A stretch of 64,000 bases of DNA, taken from positions 2,146,747 through 2,210,746 of the forward strand of contig SMSO01000037.1 of assembly GCA_004764695.1 (NCBI GenBank). Reading direction: 5' to 3'. The notes below the pieces were generated by a model, which was not told the DNA's origin, ran no database searches, and saw only the letters and a list, made by a program, of their open reading frames with translations. How positions within the stretch are numbered: the first letter of the stretch is position 1; each line of letters starts with the position of its first letter. A program made the position numbers and the translations under genes. The stretch is from Schizochytrium sp. TIO01. Its lineage: Eukaryota > Protista > Bigyra: Labyrinthulomycetes. Positions 1-12,789 of this stretch are shown here, piece by piece.

Positions 1-31
1 CTGCAGTAGGAACATATGAGTTTTGTATTTC

Positions 32-108
32 GTATGTATGTATGTATGTTGTATGTATGTATGTATGTATGTATGTATGAATGAATGAATGAATGAATGA
101 ATGAATGA
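32..108. repeat. Compound (GTAT)n/(GAAT)n microsatellite
   Basis: Tetranucleotide runs read directly from the sequence. Confidence 0.9.
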
Positions 109-1172
109 TGAAATGGAATGTGTCTCTCCATATGTCCACTTCCATCATCGCTGCCTCTTCGTTCCAGAAGTGGGAGTGGCATACGCGATGATGATGGCGC
201 ACACGCCCAAAGAAAAAGAAAATTCGCACTTCACCTTTTGGCGATTACTGTACTTTAGTTTTGGAGATTGTTTTCACTTTACATCTGGGTAGGAATCACC
301 TAATCAACCATTACTAGTAAGTAAGCAAGCTATTTTGTTTATTTGTTTGTTTATTTGATTGTTTATTTACGAAGCATAAATAAATAAATACTTAATTGTC
401 TTCAAGTTGTTCGTTTTGTTGCAAATACCGTACTACTATGCGCTACCGGGGTTCTGAAGTAGGAGCTAAAGGCAGGCAGAGCATGCAGAACAGGGGGATT
501 TCAGTCTTTTGATTAGCTAGGGTACAAGCTAAGTCCTCTTTTTGCTGTTGCATTAATTTTTCTTTCATTAAACTTTGTTTTTTATCTTCAATTACATTTT
601 TAATTATTTTTAGGGAAGAAAAAAATTAGCGGGGGATTTACTTTCCTCCGCGAGCTCGAAATGCAGCATGGCAGTAGAGACTATTGGGGTATAGTTGTGT
701 GAAAAGGTGCCTTTTCGATGGTGGGGCAGTTTGATAAGGACTTTGGAGAGTTGCCGACTGAAAAAGCACTCATGAGGGAATAGTTGGGATTGAGGGTGCC
801 TTTTCTATCTTTGGTTTCTCAGAACTTGGCATTCTTTCACCCCCATTTTTTTTTTTTTTTTTTAAAAAGATCATTTCTCATTTTTATAAAAAGTAAAGTT
901 TTTAATTTTAAAGGGGTAAAGAGTTAAATTAAAATGTCGGCACTTTGATTCGATTCTGAAATTAATATCGTGCGGTACTCAAGCTCGAATAAATCTGTCA
1001 AGTTTATCATCGCAACACACATTTGAGTGCGCCGGTGCTATTTCGCAATGTCATCGTGAATGTACAGGGGACCATTGTAACTTCACCAAGGCCTGCAGCT
1101 TTATCAAGCTTCAACTCATTAGATTAACTTATTCGATTTGCAAGCCATAGCGCGTTTTTCTCTGGTTCTGCA

Positions 1173-1236
1173 CATCCTCGTCATCCTTGTCATCCTCGTC
1201 ATCCTCGTCATCCTCGTCATCGGCATCCTCGTCATC
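1173..1236. repeat. 9-bp tandem repeat (CATCCTCGT)n, about 7 copies
   Basis: Directly visible. Reads DED repeats on the minus strand in a frame bounded by stops; it produces the repetitive ILV/MTR ORFs in the track. Confidence 0.8.
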
Positions 1237-4200
1237 GGCTTATCATGCAATGGTATGAGCTTGAACTTTGCCAAACCTGTTTTTGTAGACTTGTGGCATC
1301 GTGGCATCGTGGGCGGCCATCATCACTGTCCACCACGCTTTGCTGTAGTGGTGATGCCTCAAGTCAGTTCTAGTGAACGGCAAATTCTGTATCCGGAAGC
1401 TTGCAGTTCTGAACACGCCTCAAACGGATACGGCCGTGTCTCGCAGGCTACTGTGAAGGATGCCGCTACGCAGCACAAATAATCGAATTAGTGCAAGACA
1501 ACGAAATCCTCTGCAAGTCTGACCACCCGGTTCACCAAATGTAATGCAACCCGTAATCCCATCCGTCAAATCACAGCAAAACTCCCACAATCTCATTAAA
1601 TCGCAGCCACGGGAGTTAAGCACATTTGAGAGGTCTATCTCCACCCCAAGATTGCCCAAGTTATGCTCCCAAACCCGGCGACTTCGAGTTCGAGAGTTTG
1701 GAGAGCGCCGTTTGCTCGTCTTCGGGAATGCGCTGCACGCGTCAAAATGAAGGCCTCTGAGAGATCAATTCCACACTCCCATTCTACGCATTCATTCGTT
1801 TGGGCATTCGAGCATTCATTCATCCATTTGGCGGGACTCCAAAAACCTTCTGTCACAAAAGCAGACGAATGTAGTTCTTTGGTAAATAACAAACAACTTC
1901 AAGAATTGCAATATACTCCTACTAAAGTTTTCCATAGCTGGAAACGCCTAAGGTAGAGCAGGACCTCCCGACCAGACCGCCCCAAGCTCTCCGTTCATTG
2001 GCAGTCAGCTCCTGAGCCACTTTCTTCAGAGTGGCTTCGAAATCAGCGTCCTCCTGGGCCCGAAGCGGTGACCTCGGCCCCTCTGTGGCGTCGTGGCCTG
2101 AGCCACGATCGATTGATCGATCGATCGATCGAGGTCTCCTCCACTCCTATCTCGCCGGGGATTTTTTCCCTCCTTTCATTTCCAGTTTACACATTCTTCC
2201 TTTTCAACTTTGTTTATTCCTTCATTTATATCTTTTAATAATTTTTTCAAATTAAATAATAATAAGAATACAAAGTTTAACTTCAAATAGAGTTTTCACC
2301 AAACCATGCATAGAACAGTTGTCTTTTATTCCTGCTTGTCTGCAATGGCACTTTCTTTAAAAGACAGTCTGTCTTTAAATCTCTGCTCTGTCTTTCTGAA
2401 AGGGTCTGAACATTCGAGATCGCAGAATAATGGAATGAATACCAACGGAGGGCTTCGAGGATGAAGAAGAGCCCAAAGGAGGTCGCCCGGAGGGCCTCGA
2501 AGGACGTACCGAGGGCGATCTGTAGCTTGTGAGCGGCGCCAGAAGCATCTGTAGCCAGCCTGAATATCGAGCTACACGCAAACTGCTCCGCGGGCATCGC
2601 GACTTTGCAGGACTAATTCCAAGCTTATTCTTCTTTTCTTTTCTTCTCTCTGCATATAAAATTCATTTCGCGATGATCACCATTTGGAACGTAGGTAATA
2701 GTTTTTTTAGTACCATCATTAGCAGTTACATACTACTGCTTAAGCATGTACATGCCTATGGTTTAGTAGGGTGGCGGAAATAGTTTTTTTGTTTTGTTTT
2801 GTTTGTTTTTAATTATGTCAGATAATACCGAAGGAGTCTGTAGGTACCTAGCTACGCACCCACTGCTTATTTTATAAAAGACGCTCGTCGTTAAATAAAG
2901 ATGTTTCATGAAGGTAAAAGCCGGGCAGGCAGAATCGGCCTGTCTCACGGCCGACGTATTTTATCAAAGATACCTATAAATAAAATTCGTCCTACAAGTA
3001 CCCTAGATATGGCTGCGGTCAAGTTTTAGTATTACCTGCCCCATGATGGTCACAGCACCGACCCTATTTATTTTATTTCTTTCATTTTGCCTTATTTTAT
3101 TTTATCTCACTTGCCTTATCTTTTGCAATTAATTAATTTTAGTTAGTCAATTATTTAATTGATTGATTGACTAATTAATTAAAAATCGATTAACGTCATC
3201 ATACGAGCATATATAGAAGTATAATGAGAGTTTTCTAGTCGTGCTCTAGAGGAAATGAAGGCATTCGTTCATTTATCATTACATGGACAGGTACAAAGAA
3301 ACAAGGACTAATGAATATAAGGAGAGGTCCATTGCATTGAGGAGGAGTCCATTTATCAATCAATCAATCGATGGATTGATTGATTGATCGATCGATGGAT
3401 TGAGAGATTGAGAGATTGAGAGATTGAGAGATTGAGTGATTGGTTGAGTGTTTGTGTTTCTTTCGAGTTGTTTGTTTGCTCAGGCAGTCGATCGATTGAC
3501 CCATCGACAGTACGTGTATACAGGTCTGTCTATCTCTATCCTCGATCGAAGCTGCTTTCTGTGGAAGAAATAAAATACAGACCGTCCATGTGTTTGTTTA
3601 GCTTGTGAAGTGCAGACTTAGGCAGTGGATGAGAGCACCGCGTGAGTTCGCGAGGGTCTAGTTGGCGTGGCAAACCGAGCCTGGGCTGACTCAAGTCGAG
3701 TCAAAGCAAAGCAAAGCAAAACTAAGCAAAGCAATGCAAAGCAAAGCCCGCCCTCCTCCTCCTTCAAGCTGACAGCAATGTCGAGCGAGAGAAAGAACGT
3801 GAGCATGGGCAGCTAGCTAGCTAGCTATGCTTTGCTCTGCTCCGCTTCGAGCTTTCTTTATTTTTTATTTATTTAATTGTAAAAAGATTGTCTCTTTAGT
3901 TGTGTCTCCACAACGTTTGAAAGAAAACTGACTGACTGTCTACAGACGTCTGTAATAAGTTGCTAAGTCTCCAAATAAGTTACTAAGGTTCTAACTAAAT
4001 GAGTCACGAAGTCTTTAAAAAAGGTAAGGAAGTCTCTACCTAAATCTGAACAAGTAAAGAAGTCTTTAAATCAGTAAACAGGCATTTTTTTTTTAAATAA
4101 ATTATTAAATTATTTTAAAACATATTATTATTTTATTTTGCCTTTATTAAACCAGTGAGGAAGTCTTTAATGTAAATAAGGAGGTGACTAAGGAGGTCTC

Positions 4201-4610
4201 TGTGTATGTACAGCAGAAAGAAAAGGCCTCAGTGCCTTAACTTTCTTTGGCTTAACTTGAACTCCTGTGGCGTGCAAGGGCACGACAGAAGCCGCGCGGG
4301 AAAGGGCTCGCCGCTGGCTGCGACGGGCGGGAGGCTGGCTCGCTGCAGGCAGGCAGGCAGACAGGGTGCAGGGAAAGAACAGGCTCAGCGAGGGAGCGAG
4401 ACGTGCAGACTTGAGATCGATTGCAGTGCCCACCTCGTCCAGCCAATGCCTTCAATGGTGTTTTATTTGTGATTGAGTTCTCTGCTTTATAAAAAATTGT
4501 TTGGCTTTTAGTGAATGAAAAATTCATTCATTCATTCATTCAGGTTTTTTCATGGTAAGTGAATAAATGATCAGTTGTAGGTTTGATTGATGTTTGATCA
4601 TTGTCAGTGA

Positions 4611-4791
<181 letters not shown>

Positions 4792-5925
4792 CAGGAAAGC
4801 AGATAAATACGAGGTTCTTTCTCTCTTTTTTGGTCTCTGTTTGCAAACTCACTTGGGCAGCTAGTTGGCTGTGAGATGAACGCAGCACAGAGAAGGTGTA
4901 GGTGGTAGATATTGAAGATCTTCACTGTAATGCGCTGCGATGACGAGACCACAGACGAGGCAAAAGTCACTCATTCCATGTTGAACTAGGTAGTAGTAGT
5001 TGGAGTCATTCATTGGTTTATTTATGTTGCGCTGATGGGGATAGAAACAAAAATGGGCTAGATGGGTATTAGTACAAAATAAAGAATAAAATACTACGTA
5101 AGCTATTCTCTACATACTATACGTCTATGTATATGTATATATATATGTATGTGTCTATATGTCTATGTATATGTCTCTGTATATGTATATGTATAAAGTT
5201 GAGAATGAAAGCGATGATCATTTTTATTTTTTACTTTATTTATATATTATTTTTAAAGAAACACATTTTAGGAAAAGAAGCATTAATCACGATAACAAAA
5301 AACAAAACTAAAACTAAAACTGAAGAGGAGAGAGAAAAGGAGAGAAAGTGGAGGCAACAAAAGGGCAACAAGCAGAGCTCCACCACCAACTCACGCGGCG
5401 CACGAAGCGTGACGGCCCGTGAGAGTTCCTTTGCACGGGGCTGGCCGCGGATAAACGCACACGTCGGCCCATAGGTCTTACACATCGACTCGGAGGTTGT
5501 GCGCCAAGCCCGTACGCGCCCCTTCCACGGACCTGTGGAGGCCGGCGTCTAGGTTCTAGGCGAATCCTCTGCTTGTGCTTTATTATTCTGCGTCGAGAGC
5601 TTTCTTCCTTGCTCTCGTCTCATCGTGAACTCGTGTTGCCTACCCTGCTGAGAGCTAATTGCGTTGGGCCGATCAAGCAAGCTACCTGGGCCGAAGCACC
5701 CTAAACCCGATTCTATTTTGACTGAGAAGGACGTCACTGCTGTACGTCCCCTGCAAAAGTCAAACTAACCTCAAAACTAAAAGTTGAGGACCTGTCGCTC
5801 ACCCCGGACGATAAGTGCCTCTTCTTGCTCATCCAAGGCGACTCCCTTTTGGAGACTGTTGTCGAAATTAACAAGGCTTTCCAGAAGTGAGTTCTTATCA
5901 TCAGAGAAACCTCTTTACAGAGACA

Positions 5926-8283
5926 ATGAGCGACAATAACAACAATAACGTCAGCGATTCCAAGGTAGCAAAGCGTGCCAAGCCGCACCGCTCGATGGAG
6001 GCGGCATGGTCGTACCTTCTGTATCTGGAAGAGGACAGCAAAACGCAAAAGGACAAAGATAAAAAGGCTGCTGAGATGGTCACCAAAGCAGCCGCTGCGA
6101 ACGCAGATGGCACAGCAAAGCTTGAGATTACAGCAAACGGCATCACAAGTAATGGGGGCTCAAACGCCGCATTATCCTCAACCACATCTGCGTCTGGAAA
6201 CGGCCCGATGGGCCACGCAGCAGGCGATAGCAACGGAACCCCCAAGACTGCTGAGGGCGATGGAGACAGCAAACCTGACACCGATGAAATCCCTGTGGAT
6301 CATCAATTGCTCCATCTCAATGACGGAGCCAAGCTCTTTGTATGCATGGTGGGCAAACCGGCTCGCGGCAAAACTTTTTTGGCAGCCAAGCTGCAGCGTT
6401 ACCTCGAATGGCTCGACTACAGAGTCAAGCATGTGGATACGGTTGCCGTACGACAGAAAATGTTCAAAAAGGTCAAACCTGATGACTTTTTTGACCCGCA
6501 CCGCGAGGAAACCAAGCAGCAACGCCGTGATGCACATGAGGAAGCGCTTAAACAGTCTGTGGAGTGGCTGCAATCTGGTGGGCAGGCCGTAATCTATGAT
6601 GCGTCCAACAGCACCCGCGAGAGGCGCAAGTGGATCGCAGACTACATCGAGAAGAACCTCGTGGACAAGACTGAAAACGAGACCGTGATGTCGCACCGAA
6701 TTCTATGGGTCGAGAGCGTCTGCGACAACCAGACTTTCATTGTGCAGAACTTCTTGGAGCTACGCAAGAAGAACCCTGACTTTTGTGAATACAAGGAGCT
6801 TGACGACGACTCCGCCTCGCTCAAGTTCCTAGAAAAGCTTAAATACCATGATGACGAGTATGAGACGCTGGATGCAACCAAGGAGGACATTAGCTTTATC
6901 CGTCTTTTAGACTTTGGCCAGTCCGTGCTGGTCAACAAGATCCACGGCTTTATTGAGTCCAAGCTCGTGTCCTTTTGTATGAATATTCACATGGAACCGC
7001 GTGTAATTATCCTTATGCGCCATGGTCAGTCAGAGTTCAACCTCGAAGACCGTATTGGTGGTGACCCGGATCTCACCGAGGATGGCAAGCTTTTTGCCAA
7101 GAACTTGGCCAAGTTTATTGACGATGAGGCACCGTATGGACTGCAACCGCACGAAGAAGATGACGAGGATGATGAGGACGAGGACGAGGAGAACGAGACA
7201 GCAGCAGCTGCTGCTGCTGCTGCAACTTCGTCTTCTGCACCTGCAACCTCAGCTAGTGTGGGCGTTCATAGTGGAGCTGAGAATGGTGCCGAGGAATCCA
7301 CTGATAAGAAGAACGCCTCTCCTGCAGTCGCTGATGGCGATGACAATAAGAAAGAGGAAGGTAGCAATGGTGTAAAAGCTGAAGAGGCCAATTCCCAGGA
7401 AGCTACCGTTGAGGGAGGAGAAGGCGCCAAGAAATCTGATACTCCCGCTGCGAACTCCGCTGGGGGCTCAGATGAAGATAATGAAATGGGAGACGAAGAT
7501 GAGGATGACCTTGAGCTAGAGCGCCTAAAGGCCAAGAACCCGTACGCCTTCGACCCGGCTAAGGACCTTTTCGTTTGGACCTCGATCCTCCAGCGCACTC
7601 TTCAAACTGTACAGCATATCAAGTGCCGTGCAACAGTGTCCTGGGTTTCCCTTTCGGAGATTGACGCTGGTGTATGCGAGTGCATGACGTACAAGGAGTT
7701 TCGTGAGCAGCTTGCGACACAGTTCATGAAACGTCAGCGCAACAAGGCAACATGGCGTTACCCTGGTGGTGAGAGTTACCTTGATGTAAAGAAGCGCCTT
7801 GAGCCTGTGATTTTTGAACTCGAGCGCCAGCGCAAGCCTGTGTTGGTCTGTGCCCATCGTGCTGTGATTCGCTGCTTGTACAGCTACTTTTGTGGAATTC
7901 CTATCACTAAAGCACCTTTCCTCCCAGTGCCTCTCCACACAGCCCTGGTTCTCACACCAACCTCTCATGGTTGGACTGAGACACGCACGCCAATCGAGCC
8001 GAGCGTTGGCGATCTTGGTGCACATGAACTGAAGAACAAAGACCACGATGTTCACGCTGCTGCTGCCAAGATCCGCAAGTCTCAAGCAAAGAAGCGCCGC
8101 TTGGAACTTCAAGCCAAGCAAGAGGCACGCGATGCCGCTGCACGTGTTGCTCGGCAGAAACTAACAGATGACACAGACCAGACCACCAAAACTGCTTCCA
8201 AGGAAGAGAAAGCTGCTGCCCAAGAAGAAGCTGCTGCCTCGGAGACCGCAGCATTGAATCCTCCCACTGCCCCAGTGGAGTGA
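5926..8283 (+). CDS. PFKFB: Bifunctional 6-phosphofructo-2-kinase/fructose-2,6-bisphosphatase
   Basis: Kinase P-loop MVGKPARGKT, DASNSTRERR, ESVC; phosphatase motifs MRHGQSEFN, WTS, LSEIDAG, RYPGGESY, CAHRAV. First ATG at 5926 (the track starts at GTG 5887). Confidence 0.95.
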   Translation: MSDNNNNNVSDSKVAKRAKPHRSMEAAWSYLLYLEEDSKTQKDKDKKAAEMVTKAAAANADGTAKLEITANGITSNGGSNAALSSTTSASGNGPMGHAAGDSNGTPKTAEGDGDSKPDTDEIPVDHQLLHLNDGAKLFVCMVGKPARGKTFLAAKLQRYLEWLDYRVKHVDTVAVRQKMFKKVKPDDFFDPHREETKQQRRDAHEEALKQSVEWLQSGGQAVIYDASNSTRERRKWIADYIEKNLVDKTENETVMSHRILWVESVCDNQTFIVQNFLELRKKNPDFCEYKELDDDSASLKFLEKLKYHDDEYETLDATKEDISFIRLLDFGQSVLVNKIHGFIESKLVSFCMNIHMEPRVIILMRHGQSEFNLEDRIGGDPDLTEDGKLFAKNLAKFIDDEAPYGLQPHEEDDEDDEDEDEENETAAAAAAAATSSSAPATSASVGVHSGAENGAEESTDKKNASPAVADGDDNKKEEGSNGVKAEEANSQEATVEGGEGAKKSDTPAANSAGGSDEDNEMGDEDEDDLELERLKAKNPYAFDPAKDLFVWTSILQRTLQTVQHIKCRATVSWVSLSEIDAGVCECMTYKEFREQLATQFMKRQRNKATWRYPGGESYLDVKKRLEPVIFELERQRKPVLVCAHRAVIRCLYSYFCGIPITKAPFLPVPLHTALVLTPTSHGWTETRTPIEPSVGDLGAHELKNKDHDVHAAAAKIRKSQAKKRRLELQAKQEARDAAARVARQKLTDDTDQTTKTASKEEKAAAQEEAAASETAALNPPTAPVE

Positions 8284-9191
8284 TTTCTGTGCATTCAGCG
8301 ATCATAGTTCGCGCATCCATAATGTAGCCACGGCAGATCTTCTGTAATGCTACTAATTCTGCACCCCGAATAAGGCTAATCCCCTCTCTCTGGTTGCGAT
8401 TATCTCTTTCTCTATAATAGTTTGTTCTGAAGTTTCTTTACTGCATCGAAAATTCAAAGCTAAGCTTTAGTAGATAAGAAGCTCTCAGCATTTCCAGGTT
8501 TATTTTTTAAGTAAATCCACCCCGCATCTCAAAAACTCTGTTTCATGCATCGTACACGTCTACTTTGCGCGGTGGCTTCCATTGTGTTTTGATTGTGGTG
8601 GCTTCCTAGGTAGCTAGCTGGGTTTTTAGTGCTTTTGTTCTTCTTGGGATGATGTACTGTCCTTGTTTATATTAGGACCAGTGTGTTGTTTTGCCCTTGC
8701 AAAGCTTTCAGAAACTTATATATCGAAGCTAGTATGAGCAGGTCGCAATTGCAACTCTAGTTCATGCTACAATCAAGATTGCGGTCACCAGCTACTTAAG
8801 TCACTATCGCAAACGTCTCTGTGTGGTCTCATTGGATCACGATACCTTTTCATATTTCGCAAATTACGTATTTCTTAACATCTTTCTTTATTCATCTACT
8901 GCACATCCTATCACCACTTTTGCTTCCTTATATAATCTTCTTGTCCACCCTAATTAAATCGAGACCACAGGTTCAAAGTGAAAGCTCCATGCGTTTTTTT
9001 GATCTCGTGGCATCGACTTCTTGAAATCAATCCATGGTCCAAGTCACATCAGCGAATATGTCCTTTGAGTTGATTCCAATTGACATTAACAGTAAGACAC
9101 CAGCGACTTGGTTGGTGGTAAAACCTTTCTTTGTTAGCTTGCGTCCACGCTCGAGTGTGCCAAGGATTTCGGCTTCGTTAAAGCTGCCAGA

Positions 9192-9992
9192 ATGAAGCTT
9201 AAGCAGTTTGAGAGCATCCTCAGTCAGGTTGAGGCCTTCCGCGAGCCTCGATGGGACCTTGAGCAGTACCCAACCTCGGCTCACATTGCCTCGCGCATCT
9301 TGTATACAGCGGACCAGACCTACGGTGACATTGAGGACAAGACTGTTCTTGATCTTGGATGCGGAACATGCATGCTTTCGATTGCAGCACAGGTTCTCGG
9401 AAGTGCTTATACCCTTGGCGTTGACCTTGACCCCAATGCACTGGAGGTTGCTGTGGATAACATTGAGGAGATGGAGGTTGACATTGATCTCTTAAATGCC
9501 AATATTTTGAGTAGCGATTTGCCTCTTCCTGATGCTAGCTTCGACACAGTTGTGATGAATCCACCATTTGGTACAAGAACTAAGGGTGCAGATGTTCAGT
9601 TTTTAGAAACTGCGCTGCGTCTCTCTAAACACGCAGTGTATTCACTTCACAAATCATCAACGCGCGCATTTCTTGAGCGCAAAGCGACCAAAGACTGGGG
9701 AGTATCTTTTGAGGTCATTGCACAACTTCGCTTTGATATTCCTAAGATGTATAAGTTTCACAAAAAGCAAACAGCTGATGTTATGGTAGACCTCATTCGC
9801 CTTTGCAAGCCTAATGCCCCGGCTGAAGCACAAGGTGAGGTCAATGTCGCAACCTCGCCAATGCCTTCTCCGGCGCCTACTCCAGCCCCGGGGTCCGAAC
9901 AGGGCACAAGCGGTGCCACTGCAGCAAGAGCTTCATCTAGTACGGCTGAAGCTTCTGTGTCTTTGGAGCAATTATCTTTGTCCGAGGAATAA
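9192..9992 (+). CDS. METTL5: 18S rRNA N6-adenosine methyltransferase METTL5-like
   Basis: N-terminal MKLKQFESIL...LEQYPT, SAM motif DLGCGTC, NPPFG catalytic motif, YSLHKSSTR, YKFHKK. Confidence 0.93.
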   Translation: MKLKQFESILSQVEAFREPRWDLEQYPTSAHIASRILYTADQTYGDIEDKTVLDLGCGTCMLSIAAQVLGSAYTLGVDLDPNALEVAVDNIEEMEVDIDLLNANILSSDLPLPDASFDTVVMNPPFGTRTKGADVQFLETALRLSKHAVYSLHKSSTRAFLERKATKDWGVSFEVIAQLRFDIPKMYKFHKKQTADVMVDLIRLCKPNAPAEAQGEVNVATSPMPSPAPTPAPGSEQGTSGATAARASSSTAEASVSLEQLSLSEE

Positions 9993-10310
9993 CAGTTGGA
10001 AGTCGAGCAGTCATCGCAATGATGAGGATAAATGTCGGCCGTTGCACCCAGAATACAAAGCATTGGTTTGTGACTTCTCTTCTCGTCAAATGAATACAAT
10101 TATCAGGCTCTTTGTCATCAGTCATGTTTGGTGTAATATATTAAATTCTTTTATCTCTGTCATCCTGGCAAAGTGATACAAAGCACAGTCTACTCTTTCC
10201 CTGAAAACGGACGTTGCTATTTCCTGTGCGTGCATCTAAGATGGTCTAGTTATCTACAAAGGGAAGTCAACATTAATATCATCCGGGACTTTAAGGCGAA
10301 GTTTGGCGTT

Positions 10311-11168
10311 TTAGGCATCATCAGCCTTGACCAGGTTCTCCCAGAAACTATCCTGCATAATGTCTTCATAAAAAACGCGAATAACCCGCTTCAAGCGTGT
10401 TTTCTTTGGAGGCTCCATCGAGGACAGTGAATCACGAGTGCGATCCATTATTGATTCTACATTCTTTTTTTGTTTTTCAGCAGTTGCCTTCTGTGCAGAA
10501 GGGATTGGGACTGCCTCCATGGCTCTTCGTAACACTGAACCCTTGCGAAATTGTGCAGGTTCGTTATTGTAGTTGATACCAAAGCGTGAAAAAAGAATCT
10601 CATGTTTGTCTTGTGAAAACGTTCCCGAGAGATCTGCCTCTGCTTCCGTAGTACTGCGACCACCCTTGTGCACCAAAGTCCAGAATGTAGTATTAAATAA
10701 GTTGTTCACGTGGCAATCAGCTTGACGCCAACGAAAGTAATCACGCAGGCTTTGGTCTGTAGGATAGAGCACAACACGAGCATCAAATTGTGGTGGTGCT
10801 TGTAGTGTGATATCTGGAAAGAACTTTGCCCAGTTGAACACATATGCTGACGAAAATAATGAAACAAGCAGTGAGAGAATTTTGGTCTTGCGACGCTTGA
10901 ATACCACAGCATTCCTTCGAAACACAAAGCTGTACTCATCACTCTGACCGTACCCAAGAATGATTTCTCCAAACTCTTCCATTACAGTCGAACCACATGC
11001 ATTCATGAGGTCAAGAGCTCGTTTGTCATTGGGTTTCGTGAACTCGTGCGCTTTGGTGAACTTTGTGAATCCACGCCCATCTAAGCGCACAACCATGTAA
11101 GTGCTAAGCAGACATACATCACTATTATCTTCAAACTTCCGCACGTATTCAAACGAAGAGTTCGCCAT
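10311..11168 (-). CDS. THG1: tRNA(His) guanylyltransferase
   Basis: MANSSFEYVRKFE start, VVRLDGRGF, KPND, GQSDEYSF, FDAR, WRQADCHVNNL, INYNN. ATG at 11168. Confidence 0.95.
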   Translation of the reverse strand: MANSSFEYVRKFEDNSDVCLLSTYMVVRLDGRGFTKFTKAHEFTKPNDKRALDLMNACGSTVMEEFGEIILGYGQSDEYSFVFRRNAVVFKRRKTKILSLLVSLFSSAYVFNWAKFFPDITLQAPPQFDARVVLYPTDQSLRDYFRWRQADCHVNNLFNTTFWTLVHKGGRSTTEAEADLSGTFSQDKHEILFSRFGINYNNEPAQFRKGSVLRRAMEAVPIPSAQKATAEKQKKNVESIMDRTRDSLSSMEPPKKTRLKRVIRVFYEDIMQDSFWENLVKADDA

Positions 11169-11696
11169 TCTGCCTACGCGCTTCACGCTTGGTTTCAACC
11201 TTTGCCTGAGCCCCTGACCTTCACCTTCTCTTCGTTGACGATATCATTGTCATCCACTGGTCTTGCGCTCGCATAAATTCGGATAAATTAGAGTAATTCC
11301 GATTTCACCGAATTTCCGGTATGAGCTCGGTTTTCTTGCTTCAAAATTCGCTTGGGACTTTCGGATAACGTACCAAGAACGAGGAGCAACTATGGCAAGA
11401 ACATGTCGGTCACACCAAGTACACAGTATTCAAGGTAAGCTACATAGATAGATAACAGCAACTAGAAACTGCTGAATTCTTTAGAGCGTCACCCTGGAGT
11501 GATGTATGTGCGAAACCAAACGATTTATTCATTATTCAAGTATCGTGAGAAGATGTGATTATTTACAATGAGCTTTAAGTCGGAAAAACAAAGGGACTCC
11601 TTTCGATTAGGATCTGAAAACAGATAGATGGGACTTTGTGTCTGCACATTTAGCGAAATAGTGTGGCTTTCAGTGGACTGATCAAGCTACATCGCA

Positions 11697-12573
11697 CTAT
11701 GGGTAAAGTGTCGGTGCCATAGTTGGTGGTAGAGGCGCACATGAAACACCTTCCATAAGAACTGGTGTCGACGGGACAGTTCCACTTGCGTCAAATTGGG
11801 GGTAGTTGTTAGCTCCCCAGCAACTAACTGTATCATCAGTCAGATTATAACCACAAATAACTTGAGAATTCACTGATACAACAGTCTCGGCAGTGATTCT
11901 GTCTGATTCAACGAAGTTGGAGAATGAGTTCACTTTGGAACTATGATATTGTCCGTAGGCATTCTCACCCTTGCAAAAAACGGTTCCATCTGTCTTTCGA
12001 AGACAGAAGTTCCTATACCTGAAGATACAAGCAATGTTGTCGTTACCTGAATCAAAGACTTCAACAGGTCCAGTTTCGATGTAGCTACCTGAAGCAACAT
12101 CGTTTGAGTACATTCCTTCTTTATTTTGCCCTGCAAATAGGAAACGACCATCCAAAGTAATAAGTCCGATATTTTGTTCATCCAAGGTAATGTCTGTTAC
12201 TGATACTGCATGCCAGGGAAGAAAAGGAACATAGATAATCTCACCATGATCTATAGAATAAGTAAAAGTAAAATTACTCAATGAAAATTTGCCTATCCGC
12301 TCCAGGTTCATTGTTTTGTTGAAGAGATAAAACGAGTGTATCGCATGGGCGAGATAGTGTGATAAAAAGTGCGTCTTCTCCAGGACAGGGAACTGTCAAT
12401 ATTCTTGATTGACTCGCAGCACGGATTTCTGGAGCAGATCTTGTGTACCTCCACCACAAATTATTATCCGAGGATGAACGGAAAAATTGAACTTTGATAG
12501 GACACAAGAGCTTGGAGACTATCATTCCTGCATGCAAGGTCTCTACTACAGGTACGTAGTAAACATCATCCAT
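11697..12573 (-). pseudogene. Fragmented RCC1-like repeat (beta-propeller) protein
   Basis: RCC1-like units FCLRKTDGTVFCKGENAYGQ and DDTVSCWGANNYPQ in ORF 11697-12311, ending in a PTxAPT linker. The upstream part lies in a different frame (12274-12573) with stops further 5'. Confidence 0.55.
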
Positions 12574-12789
12574 TCGTTAAAGAAGGAATGCAAATAATTG
12601 AGGAAAAATGCTACTGTGTTCTTACAAGTCTCCCACACTGAACTTAGTGAAAAGCTTTCCATTACATATAAGAATTAAGAAGATTTCTATTTTTCCTATC
12701 TTGTACTTGAAAGTAATTTATCATCTTTATATAATGAGAGTACTATTCCTTTATATAGCAAGTGTGCTAATGGTTATTATCAGGAGATC

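Noticed and set aside
3945-4202. CRISPR-like spacing of short repeats
   Set aside because: The repeats are only ~10 bp, spacers are irregular, there are no cas genes, and the context is eukaryotic.
5887-5920. GTGAGT...TTTACAG as a 34-nt 5' UTR intron of PFKFB
   Set aside because: Very short with no branch point; cannot be supported without transcripts.
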